A DNA stretch of 34,340 nt from Polyangiaceae bacterium (lineage in GTDB: Bacteria > Myxococcota_A > Polyangia > Polyangiales > Polyangiaceae), in NCBI GenBank assembly GCA_036488725.1, contig DASXHD010000111.1, forward strand, positions 80,760-115,099, given 5' to 3'. Made by a program: the position numbers and the translations under genes. Of this stretch, positions 1 to 8,876 are shown piece after piece (the first letter of the stretch is position 1; every line of letters starts with the position of its first letter). Below the pieces are notes generated by a model that saw nothing but the letters and a program-made list of their open reading frames with translations, made no database searches and was not told where the DNA came from.

Positions 1-200
1 ATCTTTGGCGACCGGACACTAACCCGACGCCGCACGTGGCGGAAGGCAACGCGAGCGCAGGACCGCATCGAGACTGTGCCCATGAAAGGCGCATTTTGGC
101 GCGGCACGCAGAGTGCAACGGGGCACGCCGGAGTCGAGATGAACGGGAGCCTACGATTTCTCCGAAATGAGCACGCGCAGGGCGCGGCGATCGACGCTGC

Positions 201-3200
201 GTGGGACGGCGTCTCGGGGGCGAGCCCGTGCCCGATTTGCGGTTGCGACTCTCGTTGCCTTTGGCACTCGGAGTCGGACTTCGTCTGCTGCGCGCGCCGG
301 CCGTCGGAGTGGCCGCTGACCAACGGTGGTTGGCTGCATCGGGTCGCGTCCGGCGGGACGTGACGATCGGCGAGAGCGCGGTTCCGATCGCGCCGAGCCC
401 GTGCCCCGGCGTGGGCCTCGGCACGCAGTGGGACGACGCCGCGCATCTTCGCGGCGAGCTCCACACCGCCGAGCGTCTCGCGCATCACGCGATCGAGGTC
501 GCGCGCGCGCACGGCGTTCCGTCGCTCGCGGTGCCGCCGGGGCCGCTCCGCCAGCGCTTCGCCGTCGCGCGCGAGCGCATCGCGCGGGCCTACGACATTC
601 TCTCGCGATCGTCGCGCGCGCGCCACGAGCCGTCGCCGGCCGAAGAGTGGCTGCTCGACAACTCGCACGTCGTCGACGATCAGATCCGCGAGGTCCAAGA
701 AGATCTGCCGTGGGGTTATCTCGTCGAGCTTCCGCGGCTCGCGCACGGAAAGATGCGCGGCTATCCGCGCGTCTACGGGCTCTGCCTCGATTATTTGCGG
801 CACACCGACGGGCGCGTGGATCTGCCGACGCTCGTCAGCTACGTGAGCGCGTATCAAACCGTCCATCAGCTCGCGATCGGCGAGCTCTGGGCGATTCCGA
901 TCATGCTGCGCGTTGGGCTCGTGCTCGCGGCGTCGGCGCTCGCGGCGTCGGAGGCGGGCGCGCGCGATCGCGAGCGCGGCGAGACGTGGGCGGCGCGCGT
1001 CATCGAGCGCGGGCGAACGCCGCAGCGGGTCGCGACCGTGCTCGCGCAGCTCGAGCGGGAGGACCCGCCGGTCACCGCCGATTTGCTCGTGGAGATCGTG
1101 CGGCGCTTGCGCGAGCACGAGGCGCCGCTCGCGACCGCGATCGATTGGGTGGCGTCGCATTGCGGCCGCATGGGCATCTCGGCCGAAGAGCTCGTTCGCC
1201 GGCATCACTTGAAGCAGGCGGCCGATCAAGTCTCGGTCGGCAACGCGATCACGAGCATGCGCGCGATCGGCGCGCTCGATTGGAACGCATTTTTCGAGCG
1301 AACGAGCACGGTCGAGAAGCTCCTCCGCCGCGATCCCGCGCGCGTCTACGCGGCGATGGACATCGCCACGCGCGATCGTTATCGGCACGCCGTCGAACGC
1401 ATCGCGCGACGCTCGTCGACCGACGAGCCAGGCGTGGCCGATGCGGCGCTGCGTTTGGCGAAACGCGGGCGCGCGCGGCGACGCGAGCTCGAACGCGGGC
1501 ACGTCGGCTACTGGCTCGTCGGCGACGGTCGCGCCGAGCTCGAGCAGCGCGTCCACTTCAGGCCGCCGCTCGATCAGCGGCTGACGCGCGCCATTCTCCG
1601 ATTTCCGTCGGCGTTTTATTTCGGTGCGCTCGCGGTGCTCACGGCGGTCACGTGGATGGCGCTCTCGCCCGCGGGTGCGGCGCTCGCGGCGCTCTTGTTC
1701 GTGCCGGCGACCGAAATCGCGCTCGCGTTCCTGAACAGTCTCGTCGTCGCGGTCGTTCCGCCGCGGGTCCTCCCGAAGATGGGCTGGGAGCGCGGCATCC
1801 CGCCGGAGCATCGCACGCTCGTCGTCGTGCCCGCATTGCTCGACGGCCCCGACGGCGTCGCGCGTTTGCTCGAGTCACTCGAGATTCGTTCGCTCGCGAA
1901 CCTCGACGACAACCTCCATTTCGCGCTGCTCACCGATTTTTGCGACGCCGATCGCGAGCACGAGCCCGAAGACGACGCGCTCGTCGCGCAGGTCGAGCGC
2001 GGCATCGCGGACCTCGACGCGCGCTGGTCGCGGCCGGGCGAGCATCGTTACATGCTGTTTCATCGCCGGCGCGTGCGCGACGCGACCGGCCGCTGGATGG
2101 GCTGGGAGCGAAAGCGCGGCAAGCTCGAAGAGCTGAACCGTCTCTTGCGAAATGGCGGCGACGGCACTTACGAAATCGTGACGGCGCCGCGCGAGCTCCT
2201 CGCGCACGTGCGCTACGTCCTCACGCTCGACGCCGACACCGATTTGCCGCGCGACACCGCGCGAAAGCTCGCCGCGACGATGGCGCATCCGCTGAATCGG
2301 CCGCGCCTCTCGCCGACCCGCGCTCGCGTCGCGCGCGGCCACGGCGTCATTCAACCGCGCGTCGGCACGCGACCCGACAGCGCGCGCCGAACGCGCTGGA
2401 CGCGCCTCGCGTCGACGCCGATCGGGCTCGACCCGTACACGACCGCCGTGTCCGACGTGTATCAGGACCTCTTCGATCAAGGATCGTTCGTCGGAAAAGG
2501 GATCTACGACGTCGACGCGTTCGCCGCGGCGCTCGACGGGCGCGTGCCGGAGGGACGCCTCCTCAGTCACGATTTGTTCGAAGGGCTCTTCGCGCGGAGC
2601 GCGCTCGCGTCGGACATCGAGGTGCTCGACGAGCAGCCATCTTCGTACGAGGTCACTGCCGCGCGTCAGCACCGATGGATTCGTGGCGATTGGCAGATGC
2701 TCCCGTGGCTGGTGTCGCGCGATCTCACGCTGCTCGACCGTTGGAAGATCTTCGACAACTTGCGCCGCAGCCTCGTCGCGCCGGCGATCGTCGTCGCGTG
2801 CTCTTTCGGTTGGCTGCACGGAACGCTCGCGGCTGCGCTCGCGACGAGCGCGCTCGTCGCGATTTTTCTCGTTCCCGTCTTCACGAGCGCGGTGCTCGCT
2901 GCGACGCAAGCGCGCAACCCGACGGCGTTCGTAGGCGCGGCGAGCGCGGACATCGCGGCCAACGCGCTCCGCTCGTTCATCCAAACCATCTTTCTGCTCG
3001 ACGCGACGCTGCTCGCGGTCGACGCGATCGGACGCACGTTCTGGCGACTTTTCTTGAGCCGCCGCCGTCTCCTCGAGTGGACGACGATGAGCCAGAGCGA
3101 GCGGCGCGCGGGGCGCTCGGTTCACCCGCGGCTCGTCATCGCGGCGAGCCTCGCCGTGCTCGGGCTCGTCGCGGTCGCGTTGCGGGCGCCGTGGGACCTG

Positions 3201-6200
3201 CCGTTTGCGGCGCCGCCGCTGCTTCTATGGGCTGCGTCGCCCGCTGTCGCGTGGTGGCTCAGAAAGCCCGAGCCCGAAGAGGCGCCGACTCTCGCGCCGC
3301 TCGAGCGCAAAGAGCTCCGGCTCGTCGCGCGCCGCACCTGGCGCTTCTTCGAGACCTTCGTGACCGAGGCCGATCACTTTTTGCCGCCGGACAATTTCCA
3401 AGAAGACCCGCGCGGCGTGCTCGCGCGACGCACCTCGCCGACCAACATCGGTCTCTATTTGCTCTCGGTCGGAGCCGCGCACGACTTCGGGTTCATTTCG
3501 CTCGGCGAAGCCGTGCGCCGTTGGAACCAGACGCTCGACACGCTCGACAAGCTCACGCGCCACGAGGGACACATCCTCAACTGGTACGACACCGCGACGC
3601 TCGCGCCGCTCGAGCCGCGCTACGTCTCGACGGTCGACAGCGGGAACCTCGCCGCTTACCTCTGGACGGTGCGCGAGACGTGCGAGGATCTCGCGCGTGC
3701 GCCGTGCTCGATCGACGCGCACCTCGAAGCGGCCGACGACGCGCTCGCGCTCGCGGTCTTCGCCGAGCCGCACGACGAGATCGAGTCGCTGCGCGCCGAG
3801 CTCGCGTCGGCTCGCGCCGAGCTCACCGGCGACGCGACGCACGATCGAGAAACGCTCCGGGCTGCAGCGGCTGCGCTCGCGAGCGCGCTCGGGGAGCCGT
3901 GGGCGCAGAATGGGGCGAGCGACGTTCAGGGCGGCGTGCGCCGCGCGGCGCGCCTTCTCGCCGACGTGATCGAAGAGCGAGCTCGCCTCGACGCACCCGA
4001 AGCGCGCGAGGCGATGAACGCTTCGCTCCACGCCGTCGGCGAACGCGCGTGCGCACTCGCGGAAGCGATGTCGTTTCGATTTTTGCTCGACGAAGAGCGA
4101 AAGCTCTTCTCCATCGGCTACAACGTGACGACCGCGCGTCTCGACGCGGGGTTTTACGACTTGCTCGCGTCGGAGGCGCGTCTCGCGAGCCTCGTCGCCA
4201 TCGCCAAAGGCGAAGCGCCGCAGGAGCATTGGTTTCGGCTCGGCCGGCCGCGAGCGCGCGTCTCGCGCCGCGAAGGCCCGGTGCTCCTCTCGTGGAGCGG
4301 CTCGATGTTCGAGTTCTTGATGCCGCTCCTCGTGACCAAGAACTTCGAGGGCACGCTGCTCGATCAGACGTATCACGCCGCCGTGCAGCGCCAGATGGAC
4401 TACGGGGTCGAGCGCGCCGTGCCGTGGGGCGTGTCCGAGTCGGCGTTCAACTTGATGGACCTCGCGATGACGTATCAGTATCGCGCGTTCGGCGTGCCCG
4501 GGCTCGGGCTCAAAGCCGGCCTCGCCGAGGATCTCGTCGTCGCGCCGTACGCGACCGCGCTCGCTGCGCAAGTTCGCCCGCGCGCAGCCGCAGAAAATTT
4601 TCGGACGCTCGCGCGGATGCGCGCGCTCGGCGCGTACGGCTTCTACGACGCCGTCGATTTCACGCCGCGTCACCTGCCGCCGGGTCGCACGAGCGTCCTG
4701 GTCAAAACGTTCATGGCGCATCACCAGGGCATGACGCTCGTCGCGCTCGACAACGCGCTGAACGGCGCGCCGATGCAGCGACGCTTCCACGAGAGCACGC
4801 GGATCAAGTCGTCCGAGCTCTTGCTCCAAGAGCGCGTCCCCGCGCGCGCGCCGCTCGCGCAGATTCACGCCGCGATGCTCCGAACGCCGCAGCTCAACGA
4901 GCCCGAGCTCGACGTCGCCGAGCACGTCGGCCTCGGCGCGCACCCGACCGCGCGCCTCCATTTGCTCGGGCACGGCGAGCTCTCGAGCGCGATCACCGTG
5001 CTCGGCGAAGGTTTCACGACGTGGAAAGGCCTCGACGTGCATCGCTTCCGCGAGGACGCGGCGATCGAAGCAGGCGGGCTCTACGTTTACCTGCGCGATC
5101 GCGAGTCGCACCGCGTTTGGTCGGCCGGCTTCGCGCCGACGCGCGCCGAGCCGGACTATTACGACGTGCAGCTCGCGATCGATCGTGTCGAGATCGTCCG
5201 GCGCGACGGCGACATCGAGACGACGACCGAGATCGTCGTGTCCCCCGAGCGGCCCGCGGAGGTTCGCCGCGTGACCCTCGCGAATCACGGGTCCTCCGCG
5301 CGCGAAATCGAGCTCACGACGTACGCCGAGGTCGTGCTCGCCCCGCGCGCAGCCGACGTCGCGCATCGCGCATTCGTCGGAATGTTCGTCGAGACCGAGG
5401 CGCTCCCCGAGCAGGGCGCGCTCCTCGCGCGACGACGACCGCGCGGCGAAAGCGAAGAAGAAGTGTGGCTCGCTCAGGTCCTCTTCGCCGAGGGCGGCGC
5501 GTGGCAAGAGGGCGTCGAGTGGGAGACCTCACGCGCGAAGTTCGTCGGCCGCGGGCACACGACCGCTGATCCGATCGCGCTCGCCGCGCCGCTCGGCAAG
5601 ACGACCGGCGCCGTGCTCGACCCCGTGCTCGCGATGCGCCGAGTCGTGCGCCTCGAGCCCGGCGGACACGCGCGCATCACGCTGACGAGCGCGCTCGCGA
5701 CCTCGCGCGAGGAAGCGCTCGAGCTCGTCGCGATTTCGGCGACGCCGCACATCCTTCCGCGCGCGTTCGAGCTCGCGTGGGCCGACGCGCGCGTCGAGCT
5801 GCGGCACCTCGGCGTGAGCGCGGCGCAGTCGCATCGCTTCCAGCGGCTCCTCTCGGCGATCGTCTTTCCGCAACCTGCGCTCCGCGCGTCGATCGATCGC
5901 CGCGATTTCGACGGGCACGGCCGCGGCGGCCTCTGGGCGCATGGGATCTCGGGGGACCTGCCGATCGTCGTCGTGCGGATCGACCACCCCGACTTCGCCG
6001 ATCTCTTCGCCGAGCTGCTCCGCGCGCACGAGTTCTTCCGACTCAACGGCGTCGCGATCGATCTCGTCGCGCTGAACGAAGAGCTCCCCGGTTACATGCA
6101 GCCGCAGCAGCAGACTCTCCTCTCCGTCGTGCGCGCGAGCCCGGGCGCGGCGCGGCTCGATCAACGCGGCGGCGTCTTCGTACGGCGCATGCACGAGATG

Positions 6201-8876
6201 ACCGAGGGCGACCGCATGCTGCTCTTGGCCGACGCGCGCGTCGTGCTCGCGGCGTCGCGCGGCTCGCTCGCGCGACAGCTCCGGCGCATCACGGTCGAAG
6301 GCGCCGCGCGCCCCGCGGATCTCGTGCCGTCGCGGAAGGCCCAGGAGCTTCCGTCGCGAACGCCGCCGCGTCCGGCGCTCGGGTTCGACAACGGCATCGG
6401 CGGTTTCGCGGAAGGCGGACGCGAGTACGTCGCGACCGTGTCGGAGAGCTCACTCCCGCCGATGCCCTGGTCCAACGTCATGGCGCGCGCGCATTTCGGC
6501 ACGCTCGTCACCGAGAGCGGCGCGAGCTTCACTTGGTTCGAAAACAGTCAGCGCCATCGTCTCACGCCGTGGAGCAACGACCCGATTTCGGATCCGTCGG
6601 GAGAGACGTTCTTCTTGCGCGACGACGAAGACGGGAGCGTCTGGTCGCCGACGCCGCTCCCCGCCGGCGGCGACGCGACCTTCACCGTGCGTCACGGTCA
6701 GGGCTATTCGGTCTTCGAGCACACGCGCGGCGATCTCGCCGTCGAGCTGATCGTTTTCGTGAGCCCGAACGAGTGCGCGAAGACTTGGCGCATTCGCGTT
6801 CGCAACGAAGGCAAGCGCGCGCGGAGCCTCTCGCTCTTCGGCATCGTCGAGTGGGTGCTCGGCGAGACGCGCGAAAAGAGCCGCGTGTCGGTCATGACCG
6901 AGTGGGACGCGGCGGTGCCGGCGATTCTGGCGGAGAACCCGCTCTCGCTTCACCCGAATCGGCGCGCGTTCTTCACGGCGAGCGCGCCGATCGCGAGCGT
7001 CAGCGGCGACCGCGACGAGGTCTTCGGCGCAGCGGGCTCGCGCCGTCGACCCGTCGCGCTCGAGCGCGTGTCGCTCTCCAATCGCGTCGGGACCGGCCTC
7101 GACCCGTGCGCCGCGCTGCAGGTCCCCGTGAAAATCGCAGCAGGCGAGACGACGACGGTGTCGTTCGTTCTCGGCGAGAGCGACAGCGGCGACACGGCGC
7201 GCACCGTCGCGCGGCACCAGCGCGATCCCGCGGTCATCGAACGCGAGCTCGCCGAAGCGAAAGCCGCGTGGGATCGCATGCTCGGATCGATCGTCGTCCG
7301 CACGCCGGACAGCGCGTTCGACATGCTCGTCGGTCGCTGGCTCCTCTATCAGGTCGCGAGCTGCCGCGTCTTCGGTCGGAGCGCGTTTTATCAATCCGGC
7401 GGCGCGTACGGGTTTCGCGATCAAATCCAAGACGTGCTCGCGCTTCTCCACGCGCGGCCCGACGTCGCGCGCGAGCACCTCGTGCGATGCGCCGCGCGGC
7501 AGTTCCTCGAGGGCGACGTGCAGCACTGGTGGCACCCGAGCAGCGGCGAAGGCGTTCGCACGCGCTGCTCCGACGACATGCTGTGGCTGCCTTTCGCGGT
7601 CGCCGAGTACGTGCGTGTGACGGGCGACGAAAAGATCCTGGACGAGCGCGTGAGCTTCTTGAAAGAGCGACTGCTCGAGGCGACGGACGAAGACATTTTC
7701 AGCGCGCCGGCGATCACGCAAGAGAAGGCGACGCTCTACGAGCACTGCACGCGCGCGCTCGACCGCGGCGCGACGCAGGGGCCGCACGGGTTGCCCAAGA
7801 TGGGCGCGGGCGATTGGAACGACGGCATGAATCGCGTCGGGCGCGAGGGGTGCGGCGAGAGCGTTTGGCTCGCATTTTTTCTCGCCAAGACGCTGCGTGA
7901 TTTTTCAGCGGTGGCGCGCGCGCGCGGCGACGACGGACGCGTTCGCTGGTGCGAGGCCGAGGTCGATCGGCTCGGCGAGGCCGTCGACGCGTCGGCGTGG
8001 GACGGCGCGTGGTACCTCCGCGCGTTTTTCGACGACGGCACGCCGCTCGGCTCGCACGCGAACGTCGAGTGCCGCATCGACGCGATCGCGCAGTCGTGGG
8101 CCGTCGTCGCGGGCATCGGCGATCGCGAGCGCGCCGCGCGTGCGCTCGCGTCGGCCGAGAGCGAGCTCGTGAACGAGAACGCCGCGCTCATGCGTCTCTT
8201 GTGGCCGCCGTTCGAGAGCGCGCCGCCGGACCCCGGCTACATCCGCGCGTACCCGCGCGGCATCCGCGAGAACGGCGGACAATACACGCACGGCGTCCTC
8301 TGGACCGTGCTCGCGCTCGCGATGATGGGCCAAGGCGAGCGCGCGATGCGACTCTTCTCGATGCTGAACCCGGTGCACCACGGCGCGACGCGCGAAAGCA
8401 TCGAGCGCTACTGCGTCGAGCCGTACGTCGTCGCGGCCGACGTCTACGACGCGCCGGATCATGCCGACGGATCCGCCGAAGGCGGGACGTCGCAACCGAC
8501 AAACGTCGGTCGCGGAGGCTGGACTTGGTACACAGGCGCCGCTGGGTGGATGTACCGCATCGCGATCGAGCACATTTTGGGCGTGCGGCGCGAGGGCGCG
8601 CGGCTCGCGATCGATCCTTGCGTTCCGAAATCTTGGAAGCAATTCGAGATCGATTATCGCGACGGCGAGGGCGTCGTGCACGTCGTCGTCGAGAACCCGG
8701 ACGGCGTCGAGCACGGCGTCGCGCGCATCGAGATCGACGGACGCGAATCGGGGGACGGCGCGATCGCGCTGACCGGCGCACCCGGGCGACGCGAGGTGCG
8801 CGTCGTCATGGGGAAGGCTGCCGATAAGGGTGCGCGCGCCGATGAAACGGCACGACGTGCCGCACGATCAGCGTAG
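201..8876 (+). CDS. ndvB: Cyclic beta-1,2-glucan synthase-like giant membrane glycosyltransferase (GT domain + GH94-like phosphorylase domain), 2891 aa
   Basis: Single uninterrupted 8.7-kb ORF (GTG at 201; the true start may be slightly downstream). Multiple hydrophobic TM stretches (e.g. ALAVLTAVTWMALSPAGAALAALLFVPATEIALAF). Glycosyltransferase DxD region YVLTLDADTDLPRD. C-terminal GH94/cellobiose-phosphorylase-like region. Size and architecture match NdvB/ChvB/Cgs. Confidence 0.75.
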   Translation: MGRRLGGEPVPDLRLRLSLPLALGVGLRLLRAPAVGVAADQRWLAASGRVRRDVTIGESAVPIAPSPCPGVGLGTQWDDAAHLRGELHTAERLAHHAIEVARAHGVPSLAVPPGPLRQRFAVARERIARAYDILSRSSRARHEPSPAEEWLLDNSHVVDDQIREVQEDLPWGYLVELPRLAHGKMRGYPRVYGLCLDYLRHTDGRVDLPTLVSYVSAYQTVHQLAIGELWAIPIMLRVGLVLAASALAASEAGARDRERGETWAARVIERGRTPQRVATVLAQLEREDPPVTADLLVEIVRRLREHEAPLATAIDWVASHCGRMGISAEELVRRHHLKQAADQVSVGNAITSMRAIGALDWNAFFERTSTVEKLLRRDPARVYAAMDIATRDRYRHAVERIARRSSTDEPGVADAALRLAKRGRARRRELERGHVGYWLVGDGRAELEQRVHFRPPLDQRLTRAILRFPSAFYFGALAVLTAVTWMALSPAGAALAALLFVPATEIALAFLNSLVVAVVPPRVLPKMGWERGIPPEHRTLVVVPALLDGPDGVARLLESLEIRSLANLDDNLHFALLTDFCDADREHEPEDDALVAQVERGIADLDARWSRPGEHRYMLFHRRRVRDATGRWMGWERKRGKLEELNRLLRNGGDGTYEIVTAPRELLAHVRYVLTLDADTDLPRDTARKLAATMAHPLNRPRLSPTRARVARGHGVIQPRVGTRPDSARRTRWTRLASTPIGLDPYTTAVSDVYQDLFDQGSFVGKGIYDVDAFAAALDGRVPEGRLLSHDLFEGLFARSALASDIEVLDEQPSSYEVTAARQHRWIRGDWQMLPWLVSRDLTLLDRWKIFDNLRRSLVAPAIVVACSFGWLHGTLAAALATSALVAIFLVPVFTSAVLAATQARNPTAFVGAASADIAANALRSFIQTIFLLDATLLAVDAIGRTFWRLFLSRRRLLEWTTMSQSERRAGRSVHPRLVIAASLAVLGLVAVALRAPWDLPFAAPPLLLWAASPAVAWWLRKPEPEEAPTLAPLERKELRLVARRTWRFFETFVTEADHFLPPDNFQEDPRGVLARRTSPTNIGLYLLSVGAAHDFGFISLGEAVRRWNQTLDTLDKLTRHEGHILNWYDTATLAPLEPRYVSTVDSGNLAAYLWTVRETCEDLARAPCSIDAHLEAADDALALAVFAEPHDEIESLRAELASARAELTGDATHDRETLRAAAAALASALGEPWAQNGASDVQGGVRRAARLLADVIEERARLDAPEAREAMNASLHAVGERACALAEAMSFRFLLDEERKLFSIGYNVTTARLDAGFYDLLASEARLASLVAIAKGEAPQEHWFRLGRPRARVSRREGPVLLSWSGSMFEFLMPLLVTKNFEGTLLDQTYHAAVQRQMDYGVERAVPWGVSESAFNLMDLAMTYQYRAFGVPGLGLKAGLAEDLVVAPYATALAAQVRPRAAAENFRTLARMRALGAYGFYDAVDFTPRHLPPGRTSVLVKTFMAHHQGMTLVALDNALNGAPMQRRFHESTRIKSSELLLQERVPARAPLAQIHAAMLRTPQLNEPELDVAEHVGLGAHPTARLHLLGHGELSSAITVLGEGFTTWKGLDVHRFREDAAIEAGGLYVYLRDRESHRVWSAGFAPTRAEPDYYDVQLAIDRVEIVRRDGDIETTTEIVVSPERPAEVRRVTLANHGSSAREIELTTYAEVVLAPRAADVAHRAFVGMFVETEALPEQGALLARRRPRGESEEEVWLAQVLFAEGGAWQEGVEWETSRAKFVGRGHTTADPIALAAPLGKTTGAVLDPVLAMRRVVRLEPGGHARITLTSALATSREEALELVAISATPHILPRAFELAWADARVELRHLGVSAAQSHRFQRLLSAIVFPQPALRASIDRRDFDGHGRGGLWAHGISGDLPIVVVRIDHPDFADLFAELLRAHEFFRLNGVAIDLVALNEELPGYMQPQQQTLLSVVRASPGAARLDQRGGVFVRRMHEMTEGDRMLLLADARVVLAASRGSLARQLRRITVEGAARPADLVPSRKAQELPSRTPPRPALGFDNGIGGFAEGGREYVATVSESSLPPMPWSNVMARAHFGTLVTESGASFTWFENSQRHRLTPWSNDPISDPSGETFFLRDDEDGSVWSPTPLPAGGDATFTVRHGQGYSVFEHTRGDLAVELIVFVSPNECAKTWRIRVRNEGKRARSLSLFGIVEWVLGETREKSRVSVMTEWDAAVPAILAENPLSLHPNRRAFFTASAPIASVSGDRDEVFGAAGSRRRPVALERVSLSNRVGTGLDPCAALQVPVKIAAGETTTVSFVLGESDSGDTARTVARHQRDPAVIERELAEAKAAWDRMLGSIVVRTPDSAFDMLVGRWLLYQVASCRVFGRSAFYQSGGAYGFRDQIQDVLALLHARPDVAREHLVRCAARQFLEGDVQHWWHPSSGEGVRTRCSDDMLWLPFAVAEYVRVTGDEKILDERVSFLKERLLEATDEDIFSAPAITQEKATLYEHCTRALDRGATQGPHGLPKMGAGDWNDGMNRVGREGCGESVWLAFFLAKTLRDFSAVARARGDDGRVRWCEAEVDRLGEAVDASAWDGAWYLRAFFDDGTPLGSHANVECRIDAIAQSWAVVAGIGDRERAARALASAESELVNENAALMRLLWPPFESAPPDPGYIRAYPRGIRENGGQYTHGVLWTVLALAMMGQGERAMRLFSMLNPVHHGATRESIERYCVEPYVVAADVYDAPDHADGSAEGGTSQPTNVGRGGWTWYTGAAGWMYRIAIEHILGVRREGARLAIDPCVPKSWKQFEIDYRDGEGVVHVVVENPDGVEHGVARIEIDGRESGDGAIALTGAPGRREVRVVMGKAADKGARADETARRAARSA

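Noticed and set aside
3225-5507. 760-aa minus-strand ORF antisense to the glucan synthase
   Set aside because: Arg/Glu/Ala-rich antisense artefact with no motifs. It is fully contained within a well-supported gene.
326-5569. 1747-aa plus-strand ORF overlapping the glucan synthase in another frame
   Set aside because: The translation is extreme Arg/Ala/Gly low complexity (RRARARR...), typical of off-frame ORFs in >70 % GC DNA. The in-frame 201-8876 ORF has real domain content.
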